Origin: an uncultured Chthonomonadaceae bacterium
Lineage (GTDB): Bacteria; Armatimonadota; Chthonomonadetes; Chthonomonadales; Chthonomonadaceae
Direction: 5' to 3'
Length of the DNA stretch: 64,000 nucleotides
Assembly: GCA_963835065.1 (NCBI GenBank)
Contig: CAWIEK010000044.1
Coordinates: 160,001 to 224,000 of the forward strand
Positions 22,253 to 31,918 of the stretch are shown one piece after another (the stretch's first letter is position 1; each line of letters begins with the position of its first letter). A model generated the notes under the pieces. That model did no database searches and was not told the DNA's origin. It saw nothing but the letters and a program-made list of their open reading frames with translations. Position numbers and translations under genes: made by a program.

Positions 22253-22607
22253 ACCACCCGCTGCGCTAGAGACACAGAGACACAGAGAGGGAACACAGAG
22301 AAAGAAAAGAAGAGGAGAGAAGGAACCGCGAAACACACGAAATAAACGAAAAAAGACCAAAAGAAGAAAGAAGAAAGAACATGGGCAAATCCGAAGACGC
22401 CGCGCATGTTTAGAACAAGCAGGCTTCTCTTCTCTAGTTTGTAATCCTGTTTAATCCTTCTAATCCCATTAATCCCGTCTATTTCTTTTGTCTTTCCTTT
22501 TTTCGTCTTGGTTCGTGTGTTTCGCGGTTCCCTATCTCCCCTCTTTTCTTCTTTTCTTCCTCTGTGTTCCCTCTCTGTGCCTCTGTGTCTCTAGCGCAGC
22601 GGGTGGT
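22253..22607. repeat. nested composite palindromic element between purE and purK
   Basis: Outer arms ACCACCCGCTGCGCTAGAGACACAGAG / CTCTGTGTCTCTAGCGCAGCGGGTGGT; inner arms GGAACCGCGAAACACACGAA / TTCGTGTGTTTCGCGGTTCC; a TAATCC-based array in the loop. Confidence 0.9.
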
Positions 22608-22617
22608 GAACTTTTCC

Positions 22618-23115
22618 TCAGTCTTCTTCCGGGTTCGGGTGTTCCAGCACGGTTTGGGTCTGCTGTTCGCGGTAGTGGCGCAGGGCGTCACGGAATGGCG
22701 CGTATTTGCAGCCCAAAATGGCCGCCGCAAGCAGGGCGGCGTTGATGGCTCCGGCGCGTCCGATGGCAAGCGTTCCGACCGGAATCCCGGCGGGCATTTG
22801 CGCGATGGACAGCAGCGAGTCCATGCCGTTGAGCGCTTTGGATTGCACGGGTACGCCAAGCACGGGGAGGATAGTTTTTGCCGCCGCCATGCCGGGCAGA
22901 TGCGCCGCGCCGCCCGCGCCCGCGATAATTACTTCCAGGCCACGCGCTTCCGCTTCCTCCGCATAGGTGAACAGCAGGTCCGGCGTTCGGTGCGCCGATA
23001 CCACGCGAGTTTCAAACGGGATACCCAATTTGCTCAGGGTTTCCGCCGTATGCTGCATGGTTTCCCAATCCGATTTCGACCCCATAATCAACCCGACCAG
23101 TGGCGGCGTTGTCAC
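22618..23115 (-). CDS. purE: N5-CAIR mutase
   Basis: [33 protein letters not shown]. Confidence 0.97.
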   Translation of the reverse strand: MTTPPLVGLIMGSKSDWETMQHTAETLSKLGIPFETRVVSAHRTPDLLFTYAEEAEARGLEVIIAGAGGAAHLPGMAAAKTILPVLGVPVQSKALNGMDSLLSIAQMPAGIPVGTLAIGRAGAINAALLAAAILGCKYAPFRDALRHYREQQTQTVLEHPNPEED

Positions 23116-23301
23116 ATTCGACTCCCTTGCGCAGCGTTATTCGTGTCAAGGAGTATAGCACACGCCCGCCTGCCTTGTCCTCCCCTCCTTATCCTCTCCT
23201 GACTTATCCCTTTTTATCCCTTCCTCCTATCACTTGTTCGGAACCTTTTCGGCGTTTGCGCGTTGCTTAAAGAACGACTTTACGTTTGAAGGAGCAATGT
23301 T

Positions 23302-23679
23302 ATGGCAGTCGAAAATTTCGATACCTATGTGTTTGAAAACGGATTGTTTGCGCCGTTCGCGCAGGCGGCGCAGGACATGCTGCAGTGGACAGATCATCTG
23401 GCGCAGCAGGGCTACGCTTCGCAGGAACAGGTTTGGGGGCAGTATCCCGACGTGTACATCAAGGTGTATGAAGCCAAACCCGGTTCCGCAACCGCGTTCC
23501 AGTATGCCGCGATCCTCAATCTGGTGCGCTTTCCGCACCACGTTTATATCCGCGACATCAACGGCTTACTCCAACTGCTGCACCAACTGCTGCCCCTCTT
23601 TGCCCTGCACAGCCGTCCCGAACAGGACACCGGCGAGGCGTTATTCGGCACACAGGGCGCGGATGAACAAGATGCGTAG
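23302..23679 (+). CDS. hypothetical protein
   Basis: 125-aa ORF with GAAGGAG RBS and host-like codon usage. Confidence 0.65.
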   Translation: MAVENFDTYVFENGLFAPFAQAAQDMLQWTDHLAQQGYASQEQVWGQYPDVYIKVYEAKPGSATAFQYAAILNLVRFPHHVYIRDINGLLQLLHQLLPLFALHSRPEQDTGEALFGTQGADEQDA

Positions 23680-23683
23680 GGTT

Positions 23684-23862
23684 TCAGGGAAGACCAGAAG
23701 CGCAGGACGCAACAGCAGTTGGAAACATTGCTATTGCAAGGTCTGGAAAGCGGAACACCGGTAGAAGTAACGAACGAGTGTATTCAGCAGAAACGGGCGG
23801 CGCTGCTGGCGCGTATGGAACAGGAAGGCAAGCAGGGCGACTGAAGGTGTCAAGTTGCTGCC
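23684..23862 (+). pseudogene. orphan fragment of a parD 3' half plus the parE start
   Basis: Aligns with ~26663-26841: REDQKRRTQQQLETLLLQGLESGTPVEV vs REDQKRRAQQHLEALLLQGLESGTPIEV. Confidence 0.8.
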
Positions 23863-23897
23863 TTGCTTTTGAGAAGTGGCGCAAGAAAAATACGCTG

Positions 23898-24317
23898 CTA
23901 CGGTTCTCGCATCAGGACGCGAAAACCTGCCTGCTTGAAATGCTTATCCGTTGTCAGCGCGTCTGTAATGCCGCGCTCCTGCATCACGACAAAAGATAAG
24001 CAGTCTACCAATCCCCACTCTGTGTCAGGGCGTGTTCGATACAGGTGAAATGCGCGGGCGTATAGTTCCTCCGACATCGGCACAATTTCAACGAGCGGAT
24101 CAACTTCCAGCGTTTGGAGCAGGTTAATGGCAACAGCGCGGTTACGCTGACGCGACAAGGCGTTGCCAATTTCAAGCAACACTGCGCGAGTCGTGATCAG
24201 GGGTGTACTGTTCTGCTTTATCTGTGCTGCTACTTCAACAGCCTTAGCATGAAACTCATCCGCCGTTATTGAAGCGGCAACCGCAAACGCCGTATCCAGA
24301 AAAACTCTATTCGTCAT
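23898..24317 (-). CDS. vapC: PIN-domain (VapC-family) toxin
   Basis: VFLDT, VLLEIGN, WGLVDCLSF, LTTDKHF. Confidence 0.9.
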   Translation of the reverse strand: MTNRVFLDTAFAVAASITADEFHAKAVEVAAQIKQNSTPLITTRAVLLEIGNALSRQRNRAVAINLLQTLEVDPLVEIVPMSEELYARAFHLYRTRPDTEWGLVDCLSFVVMQERGITDALTTDKHFKQAGFRVLMREP

Positions 24318-24573
24318 GCGCCGTTTCCTGCACTTTCTCGACGCCGTACAGATAGTGGTCAATGTTTGCCGAATAATCAGACGGGAACCCTTCCAGATTG
24401 GCCGCTAAAGCAGCGTCCAGAAAGGAATGGGGCTTGCCTGTTTTGCCCAACTGTGGGTCGGCTTCAGGCAGCGACTCTATGATGATGCGAATGCGCGTGT
24501 TCGCTTCCAGTTGTACCGGTTCGTTCGGATGAATTACGGAACCGTCGTAAACGGCTTCAAGTGTTTGTGTCAT
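24307..24573 (-). CDS. antitoxin (DUF104/AF2212-like)
   Basis: TLEAVYDGSVIHP...NTRIRII, DYSANIDHYLYG; overlaps the PIN gene start. Confidence 0.8.
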   Translation of the reverse strand: MTQTLEAVYDGSVIHPNEPVQLEANTRIRIIIESLPEADPQLGKTGKPHSFLDAALAANLEGFPSDYSANIDHYLYGVEKVQETAHDE

Positions 24574-24635
24574 GGTATTTCCTCCATTCTCATTGTAACA
24601 TAGCCGTCAAGATTTTCACCAGTCCTCAGCAAAAT

Positions 24636-24922
24636 AACCCGCCGTCCGGCATCGTGACCGAACGGCGGGTTGCTGTGTGTCGGACAAACGGGAACAGGCG
24701 TTACGCGATCAGGTCGCGTATGGGTGTTCCTTTTTCGGTAATGGAAATGGGACGGCCTACCGGAGTCATGAACGACTTGGCGGGGTTCATGCCAAGCAGG
24801 GTGGCGACGGTGGCGAAGAAGTCGGCGGTTTGTACCGGCTTGTCGGCTACTTTTGTGCCGTCCGCGTCCGTTGCGCCGTATGCCTGTCCGCCCCGAACGC
24901 CGCCGCCCGCCAAAACCGCGCT
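24636..24922 (-). pseudogene. diverged duplicate of the DUF1501 gene 3' end plus its terminator hairpin
   Basis: Matches 27209-27493; encodes the last ~73 codons with one D/E change. Confidence 0.9.
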
Positions 24923-25038
24923 ATCCTGTGGCTTCGATTGACTCCAACGAACGTTCAGGGTATAAGGGTAGCCAAAGTGAAACTACTTTGGCGAAGATCG
25001 GCTTTACGACCCTCCTGCTTCTGCCTGCAAGTTGACGC

Positions 25039-26166
25039 CTACATCTGGCTGCGTCGTATGATATAGTCTCTAATGTATGGTTCCTGTAATGCCTTGTTGT
25101 TAGGCTCCAAGTCGAACGCCCTGCCAAATGCTTGAAGAGCATCTGTAGGACTGCCTATGCGATGATAGATTTCGCCGAGTTTTATGTAAGGCAAAGCCCA
25201 ACCCGAACTGTAATTCACCGCAATCTTGTAGGCGTTGATGGCCGAGCTAAAACGACCTTGTTTGCAGCGTATTCTTCCCATGATTGCCCATGCTGTAGAA
25301 GAATTTGGTTCCAATCGCAATGCTGTTGCAAGCGCATCTAAAGCGCTATCTACTCTGCCCATCAGTTCAAAGTGACCTGCGATACGCAGGTAGGATGGCA
25401 CGTACTCTGGATCAGCTTTCACAGCAGTCAAGTAAGCATCAAAGGCTCTGTCATCCAATTCTAAGTTTGAGTAGGCGTCACCGAGGCCAACCCATGCTTC
25501 TCCATTATTGGGGTTTATTGTGACAACTCTCTGATAGCATTTGATAGCGTCTCCAAAGCGGAACTGTTGGCAGAATACATCTCCCAAATTGCAGTAAGCA
25601 ACTTCACATTCCGGGGCAATCTCAATAGCTTTTTGGTAGCATCTCACTGCGTCTTTTAAGCGGGACTGTTGCCAGCACACATCCCCTAAACCACAGAAAA
25701 CAAATGGGTCATTGGGATCAACGCGCATGGCGTGCTTGTACGATGCAATAGCTTCATCGTACCGCTTCAGTCTTTGAAGCACGGAACCCATCCAGTAATG
25801 TGCGTGTGGGTGATCAGGGTTCAAATTCACGGCTTTCGTAAACGCTTCGACCGCTTCTCGGAAACTTCCTTGTTTACGATAACGTTGCCCGATGTTGTAG
25901 TAGGTTTCTGCGTCGTACGATGGAGTTGATTGTTGTTTCGCAGCTTTTGGCTGCTGGTAAGTGGATTGAGATAGATGTTGCTGAATAAGCGCATAAGCCT
26001 CATTGACCTCCTTCATCTTCTCCTGCGCTTTTTCACACAAACGTGGAGAATTCTGAAAACGATCAGGATGCCAAATTTGAGCCATGTCCCTATAAGCTAT
26101 CTTGACATCAGCGAGCAAGGAACCATTAGGAAGTTCTAGTATCTTGTAGCAGTCTTCTATCCTCAT
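25039..26166 (-). CDS. J-domain + TPR repeat protein (AT-richer than the host)
   Basis: CYKILEL...AYRDMAQIWHPDRF...MKEVNEAY J-domain with HPD; many TPRs; GGAGG RBS. Confidence 0.88.
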   Translation of the reverse strand: MRIEDCYKILELPNGSLLADVKIAYRDMAQIWHPDRFQNSPRLCEKAQEKMKEVNEAYALIQQHLSQSTYQQPKAAKQQSTPSYDAETYYNIGQRYRKQGSFREAVEAFTKAVNLNPDHPHAHYWMGSVLQRLKRYDEAIASYKHAMRVDPNDPFVFCGLGDVCWQQSRLKDAVRCYQKAIEIAPECEVAYCNLGDVFCQQFRFGDAIKCYQRVVTINPNNGEAWVGLGDAYSNLELDDRAFDAYLTAVKADPEYVPSYLRIAGHFELMGRVDSALDALATALRLEPNSSTAWAIMGRIRCKQGRFSSAINAYKIAVNYSSGWALPYIKLGEIYHRIGSPTDALQAFGRAFDLEPNNKALQEPYIRDYIIRRSQM

Positions 26167-26556
26167 GAGAGTTCCTCCGTCCGTCAATACTTCGCAGAGC
26201 CTCTTTGTCGGCAGATTTCGCGCCATGTGCTGTCGTTCACAGACGAAAAGTTGCTGCCCCGCACCTGACAAATGCGTCGCCAGCAACAATCATTTACCAG
26301 ATAACTGCTCGCAATCGAATCAGATTGAATCATCCGCAATATTTCAGCGTCAGACTTTGCGCATAAACACATAATATCCTCCTGTCAGATGGACAACGTT
26401 CGTAAGATGATTAAATATCTGTAGCTCATCTTCCTTCATCAAGGGACTGAAGACTCAAAACTTTACAGTCTTTTCCTTTTCCACGTAAGAGAAACCACAA
26501 AAATTGTGAATTCTGTGTTATAATTGGTGGATTATAGACGTGGAGGGAGAACTGCA

Positions 26557-26823
26557 ATGGCCGTGTTGAACATCTCTTTGCCGGAGAAGATGAAAGATTA
26601 CGTTGAGGAGAGGCTGACTGAGGGAAGCTACAGCAGCACCAGCGAGTTCTTCCGTGATCTAATCAGGGAAGACCAGAAGCGCAGGGCGCAACAGCATCTG
26701 GAAGCGTTATTGCTGCAAGGGCTGGAAAGCGGAACGCCTATAGAAGTGACGGACGAGTATATTCAGCAAAAGCGGGCTGCATTGCTGGCGCGTATGGAAA
26801 AGGAAGGCAAGCGTGGCGGCTAA
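26557..26823 (+). CDS. parD: ParD-family antitoxin (RHH)
   Basis: LNISLPEKMKDYVE...YSSTSEFFRDLIREDQ...LLQGLESG. Confidence 0.9.
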   Translation: MAVLNISLPEKMKDYVEERLTEGSYSSTSEFFRDLIREDQKRRAQQHLEALLLQGLESGTPIEVTDEYIQQKRAALLARMEKEGKRGG

Positions 26824-27148
26824 ACGTGTCAAGCTGTTGCCCGAAGCCGAACAGGACGTGGATGAGGAAAGCGTGTATCTTGCTCAGGAAGCCAGCGCTG
26901 AAGTCGGAATCCGCTTTTACGACGCCGCACATGAAAGTTTCCGCGAACTTCTGGATATGCCGGGTATAGGTAAGGTAAAGGAAGTCAATAATCCGAAACT
27001 TTCTGACATTCGCCAATGGCAGGTGTCCGGGTTTGAGAACTACCTGATTTTCTATCGTGTGTTTCCCGGCGGCATCGAAATCATGCGCGTACTGCATGGA
27101 GCTAGAAACATTGACCACATTCTTGAACGGGAAACCGGTGAAGAGTAA
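26813..27148 (+). CDS. parE: ParE/RelE-family toxin
   Basis: AEQDVDE...MPGIG...YLIFYR...IMRVLHGARNI; overlaps parD. Confidence 0.9.
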   Translation: MAAKRVKLLPEAEQDVDEESVYLAQEASAEVGIRFYDAAHESFRELLDMPGIGKVKEVNNPKLSDIRQWQVSGFENYLIFYRVFPGGIEIMRVLHGARNIDHILERETGEE

Positions 27149-27208
27149 AGTTTCTGTTGTGGTGATATGTTTCCGTGCTGACAAAGCCTACGCAACAATG
27201 CTGCTTAA

Positions 27209-27244
27209 AACCCGCCGTCCGGCATCGTGACCGGGCGGCGGGTT
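27209..27244. terminator. hairpin between convergent parE and DUF1501 genes
   Basis: AACCCGCCG...CGGCGGGTT; second copy at 24636-24671. Confidence 0.65.
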
Positions 27245-27271
27245 GCTGTGTGAGGCAAATGGGAACAGGCG

Positions 27272-28639
27272 CTACGCGATGAGGTCGCGGATGGGCGTTC
27301 CTTTTTCGGTGATGGAAATGGGACGGCCTACCGGAGTCATGAACGATTTGGCGGGGTTCATGCCGAGCAGGGTGGCGACGGTGGCGAAGAAGTCGGCGGT
27401 TTGTACCGGCTTGTCCGCTACTTTTGTGCCTTCCGCGTCCGTTGCGCCGTATGCCTGCCCGCCCCGAACGCCGCCGCCCGCCAAAACCGCGCTCCACGCG
27501 CCGGGGAAGTGGTCGCGGCCTTCGTTAGGGTTGATTTTCGGGGTACGTCCGAACTCGCCCATCCAGATTATCAGCGTGTTGTCCAGCATGTCGCGCTGTT
27601 TCAGGTCTTTGATTAAAGCCGCCATTGCCGGGTCGTAAATGCCCATCTGCTTTTGGGTGCGGTTGAAGTTGTCCTGATGCGTGTCCCAGCCATCCAGCAC
27701 CACTTCCACGAACCGAACGCCCGATTCCACCAGCCGCCGCGCCATCAGGCAACCCTTGCCGAAGTTGGTGTCGCCATACGCCGCCTTGACCGCATCCGGT
27801 TCCTCAGCAATTTCAAACGCTTTCAAGCGGGGTGAGCGCATCAGTTTGACGGCTTTGGCATAAACCGACTGCCGCCCCTTCACCTTGATGTCGCCCGTTT
27901 GCGCGGCGAAGTCGTTGTCCAGCATACTCAGCGCGGATTGGCGCGTGTCAAAGCGGCGATCATCCACGTTGGACGCATACTGCACATTGAGCAGCGGCTT
28001 GTCGAAGTTCTGCACCACGAGCGGGCCGTACTGTACGCCCAAAAAGCCCGCGCTGTAGCTTGGCCCCGAAATGCTCACAAAGTTCGGCATGTCGCTGTTC
28101 GGATTGCCCAATTCCTCGTTGACCCACGCGCCCAGACTCGGATGCGTCACGGTCGGGTTGGGCGTGTAGCCGGTGTGCATGAGATACTGCGCCCGCTGAT
28201 GGTTGCCCTCTTTGGTGGTCATGCTGCGCACAATCGCCAGATGGTCAGCCACGTCCGCGATCTGCGGCATGTGTTCGCAAATCTGTACGCCGCTTGCCCG
28301 CGTATTGATCGCTTTGAACGGCCCGCCCGTAGCCGCGCCCGTTTTCGGGTCCCACGTATCCAGATGGCTCGGCCCGCCGTTCATCCACAGCAGAATACAA
28401 TTTTTGGGCTTCGCCGCGCCCGCCTTGCCCAGCGCTTTTGCCATTTGCGGATCAAGGAACTGCGCGAACAGCATGCTCATCAGCCCGCCGATCCCCAGTT
28501 TCACAAACCCGCGCCGGTTCAAGTCCGCGCTCCACAAATCTATCGGGCCGGGGCAACTCCCCCCGTTTTCCTCGCGCATTCGCGCTTCTTCCTGATCTTC
28601 CAGTTCGTCCAGTTCGGTGTGGTGCATGGAGGTCTCCAA
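27272..28639 (-). CDS. DUF1501 domain protein with twin-arginine-like motif
   Basis: NRRGFVK, WMNGGPSHLDTWDPK, ARRLVESGVRFV, GWDTH, GEFGRTP, GRDH. Confidence 0.9.
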   Translation of the reverse strand: METSMHHTELDELEDQEEARMREENGGSCPGPIDLWSADLNRRGFVKLGIGGLMSMLFAQFLDPQMAKALGKAGAAKPKNCILLWMNGGPSHLDTWDPKTGAATGGPFKAINTRASGVQICEHMPQIADVADHLAIVRSMTTKEGNHQRAQYLMHTGYTPNPTVTHPSLGAWVNEELGNPNSDMPNFVSISGPSYSAGFLGVQYGPLVVQNFDKPLLNVQYASNVDDRRFDTRQSALSMLDNDFAAQTGDIKVKGRQSVYAKAVKLMRSPRLKAFEIAEEPDAVKAAYGDTNFGKGCLMARRLVESGVRFVEVVLDGWDTHQDNFNRTQKQMGIYDPAMAALIKDLKQRDMLDNTLIIWMGEFGRTPKINPNEGRDHFPGAWSAVLAGGGVRGGQAYGATDAEGTKVADKPVQTADFFATVATLLGMNPAKSFMTPVGRPISITEKGTPIRDLIA

Positions 28640-28640
28640 A

Positions 28641-28762
28641 AAGTAGTCAGAAGTGAGTAGTCAGTAGTCAGTAGAAATGCCTGTCTACTCAGAGCCTTGT
28701 ATATTCGCCAAAGTCATGAGCAGAACGGCTACTGACTACTGACTACTCACTTCTGACTACTT
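28641..28762. repeat. palindromic element with GTAGTCA / TGACTAC heptamer arms
   Basis: AAGTAGTCAGAAGTGAGTAGTCAGTAGTCAGTAG paired with CTACTGACTACTGACTACTCACTTCTGACTACTT. Confidence 0.9.
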
Positions 28763-28764
28763 CC

Positions 28765-30972
28765 TTAATGATTAAACGTGAACTCGCTGGAGTTCAGGAG
28801 CGCCCAAAACATATCTTCGTAGGCTTGCGCTTCCGGCGTCTGGCTGATGGCAGAAGCGCGGGGCGCGAAGCGGGCGAGCGGGTCATAGCCGTTGTTGCTG
28901 CCCTTTTTGCGGTTTTGTACGGCCTGCGCCAGCGCCTTGCGGTCGGCGGGAGTGGCGGCAAGCGTGTTGTTATTTCCTGACGCAGCCGGGGCGTTATTGT
29001 TCACTCCAGCGCCATTGTTATTTCCATTGTTGGCGTTAGAATTGTTATTGAAGCCGTTGTTGAAGCGGGCGGCGCGGCGTCCGGCGAACGCGGGGCCGGC
29101 GGGCGGCGCGTTGGTTTCGGAGGCGGTCACGACGGGACGGGGCGCGTGAATGAAGTCCAGCCAGCGGGTGGTTTCCTTGCTTGTCGGCTTGCGCGAAAGC
29201 GTCCGCAGGTACAACTCCTCGATTTTGGCCTCGTCGGTGTCATTGCTTGCCAGCACATCGGCCAGCGCCGTGCCGGGAATGGGAGTCGCGCCCCGGTTGA
29301 CGAGATTGCCGTTGAGCAGCATCAACGCCTGCGGGATCGTGCCCTCGAAATCCTTTTGCTCGAACTCTTCATCCACGTCGAACAGGAACGTAAACTGTCG
29401 CGACATGGCGTACTTGATTTGATCCAGCCTGCCGCCCGCAACTCGTTCCAGCAATGGCCCCATGTTGGTTGCTTCCACGAGCGAGTCCATCAATTCGTCC
29501 GGCCCCATCGGTTTCAGGCGGAAGCGTGCCCACAGTTTGTTGTCCAGATCGGCTTTTTTGGCGGGCGTGGACGACAACTGATAAACTTGCGTGGCGCAAA
29601 TCTCTCGAATCAGATGTTTCAGGTCGTAATCGTTGGCGACGAAATCCGCCGCCAGTTTGTCCAGCAGGGCGGGCGCGGTGACGGGATTGGACGGGCGAAT
29701 ATCGTCAATCGGCTCAATGAAGCCCCGGCCTAAAAAGTGGTTCCACATCCGGTTCACAATGGCTTTGGCGAACCAGGCGTTGTTGGGCGAGGTCATCCAT
29801 TCGGCAAGCGAAGCGCGGCGGTTGAACGAACCTGTAAAGTCGGTTCCATCCAGCGCGGTGGGCGCGGACGCGGCATACAGCGCGGCATCGTTGGCCTGTT
29901 TGAGACGCGGGTTCAGGCGGGCAGGAGGGCGGCGCGTTTCCACAAGATTTACTTGCCGCAGCTGCCCTTTTAGCTGCGCGGCTGTCATGGTCGGGTCTAC
30001 CGGAACCGGGCGGGCGTTGATAAAGCAGGCCGTGAAGCGCCGGAAATCGTCCTGCTTCCACTTTTCGGTCTTGTGGTCATGGCACTGTGCGCACTGTATC
30101 TGCACACCCAAAAACAGTTTGGAAGCCGTGCCGGACAGGTCTTCCGGCTTGCCCCGGAACCGCAATGTCCAGTTGGTCGCGCCGTTGACGGGTGCGGGCA
30201 GCGCGGCAGTCGTTACCTGCGCGCCGTTTCCGCCCGACATGGTGGCGTCCATCATCTTGTCGTCGCCGGACGCCATTTTATCCCCGGCAACCGTTCCGCC
30301 CGCGCCATTCGGGGGTGTGACTCGGCCCAACACTCTGCCACCCGCTTGCGCGCCTGCGCCCGCCTGCTGATTTTGCGCAATGCCGCCCTGCCCCTGCGCC
30401 TGATTGCGTTTTTGCATCAGCAATCCGGCCATGTTCGGGTTTGCGCCGTTGGGCTGGGGAACGCCGAGCGCTTTGGCGTAACTGCCGCCCTCGCTGTTGA
30501 CGCCCTGCGCGGTAATCAGGTCGTACACGAACTTGTTCCAGTGGACGTTCTGCTGAAACTCGCCGCGCAGCCATTGCTTAAAAGCGGAGCGATCCACAAT
30601 CTGCGCGTTGTCCGTGCGTCCCTTGCCCATTAAAATGCCGTCCCAGTAGGCTGTCCAGTTGTCGGCGTACTTGCCGCTTGCCAGCAGGGCGTCTACCGCG
30701 CGGGCGCGCTTGTCGGGATTGGTATCGGCCAGAAACGCGCGCATGGTTGCGGAGGGGGGAATCACGCCCACAATGTCGAGATATACGCGCCGCAAAAACC
30801 GGGCATCGTCCACAGCGGCAGCCGGAACAATGCCTTCCTTGTTCCACTCGGCGCGGATCATCTGGTCAATCTGCGCCGGGGTCAAAGCGGTTTTGCTTTG
30901 CGCCCGCGCCACGCTGTACTGGCAAAGGCTCAGGCCGGCGAACAGCCCGGCTGCCGCATAACGAAGTCTCAT
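28765..30972 (-). CDS. DUF1549/DUF1553 domain secreted protein
   Basis: FLRRVYLDIVG, FLGVQIQCAQCHDH, VNRMWNHFLGRG, WALLNSSEFTFNH. Confidence 0.9.
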   Translation of the reverse strand: MRLRYAAAGLFAGLSLCQYSVARAQSKTALTPAQIDQMIRAEWNKEGIVPAAAVDDARFLRRVYLDIVGVIPPSATMRAFLADTNPDKRARAVDALLASGKYADNWTAYWDGILMGKGRTDNAQIVDRSAFKQWLRGEFQQNVHWNKFVYDLITAQGVNSEGGSYAKALGVPQPNGANPNMAGLLMQKRNQAQGQGGIAQNQQAGAGAQAGGRVLGRVTPPNGAGGTVAGDKMASGDDKMMDATMSGGNGAQVTTAALPAPVNGATNWTLRFRGKPEDLSGTASKLFLGVQIQCAQCHDHKTEKWKQDDFRRFTACFINARPVPVDPTMTAAQLKGQLRQVNLVETRRPPARLNPRLKQANDAALYAASAPTALDGTDFTGSFNRRASLAEWMTSPNNAWFAKAIVNRMWNHFLGRGFIEPIDDIRPSNPVTAPALLDKLAADFVANDYDLKHLIREICATQVYQLSSTPAKKADLDNKLWARFRLKPMGPDELMDSLVEATNMGPLLERVAGGRLDQIKYAMSRQFTFLFDVDEEFEQKDFEGTIPQALMLLNGNLVNRGATPIPGTALADVLASNDTDEAKIEELYLRTLSRKPTSKETTRWLDFIHAPRPVVTASETNAPPAGPAFAGRRAARFNNGFNNNSNANNGNNNGAGVNNNAPAASGNNNTLAATPADRKALAQAVQNRKKGSNNGYDPLARFAPRASAISQTPEAQAYEDMFWALLNSSEFTFNH

Positions 30973-31127
30973 GCTGAAATTCCTTTTCAAGAAGCTGCGC
31001 GTCAAAACTATGCAAGGGAAAAGACGAAAACGAAACAAGTGAAATCCTGCTTTCATGGACGCAATTTCGGGACAGGAGTTCACGCGAACAATGACTTTCC
31101 TAATGATTTTCGGGATTTATTTACGCC

Positions 31128-31191
31128 TTGACAACCTCTTCCACACAGATTATACTATAAAATAGTTTTCAAAGCGCTTTGAACTACAAAG
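31128..31191 (+). promoter_or_regulatory. sigma70 promoter with downstream palindromic operator
   Basis: TTGACA-17 nt-TATACT; then TTCAAAGCGCTTTGAA overlapping CTTTG-N5-CAAAG. Confidence 0.75.
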
Positions 31192-31247
31192 GGCTTGGCT
31201 GCGTATAAAGGGAGAGGGAAAAGGAAAAAGGAAAAAGGGAAAAGTAC

Positions 31248-31898
31248 ATGACGATGCTGGAAGAATTTCGGGAGCCGGACCCGCCGAGCAATATGCCGAT
31301 GCGGGACCCCGATCCCCACGAGGCGGAAGAAAACCTGCGCGTGATACGCGAGTTGATGGAGCGGTCCACCAAGTATTCGACATTTTCCGGGCCGTCCGGT
31401 GTGCTTGCGGGCGCGGCATCTATTGTAGGCTGTCTGGTCACGCGCGCCCTTTCCGCGCGCCCTCCCGAATCCGACAGTTTTCGCATCCCCTTTCTTGTCA
31501 CCTGGTCGCTGGTGATCCTGTTTGCCATTGGAGCCGACTTTCTGCTGATGAAGCGGCGCGCGGCCAGAGTCGGCAAGCGCATCGTGTCGCGTCTGGGCAA
31601 GCAGATGGTGTTCGCGGCGGGGCCGGGGTTAGGCACGGGGGCGCTGCTCACGCTGTTTTTGCTTCAGCATAACCTGCTTGCCGGGGTGTACCCGCTCTGG
31701 ATGCTGTGTTACGGCATTGCCGTTTGCGCGGTAGGGCAGTTTTCGCAGCGGGAAGTGAAGGCATTGGGCGTATCGTTTTTGCTGGCAGGCGCGCTGACGC
31801 TGCTGGTTCCCGGTCTGGGCCTGCCGATGATGGCGCTCTCGTTCGGCGGTTTTCACATCGTCTACGCGCTGATTATTTCGCGCAAGGACGGCTGGTAA
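31248..31898 (+). CDS. membrane protein co-transcribed with a wHTH regulator
   Basis: AEENLRVIRELMERS...SGPSGVLAG; about 6 TM segments; FGGFHIVY. Confidence 0.8.
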   Translation: MTMLEEFREPDPPSNMPMRDPDPHEAEENLRVIRELMERSTKYSTFSGPSGVLAGAASIVGCLVTRALSARPPESDSFRIPFLVTWSLVILFAIGADFLLMKRRAARVGKRIVSRLGKQMVFAAGPGLGTGALLTLFLLQHNLLAGVYPLWMLCYGIAVCAVGQFSQREVKALGVSFLLAGALTLLVPGLGLPMMALSFGGFHIVYALIISRKDGW

Positions 31899-31918
31899 AA
31901 GGCGGGAGGCTGTAAACC

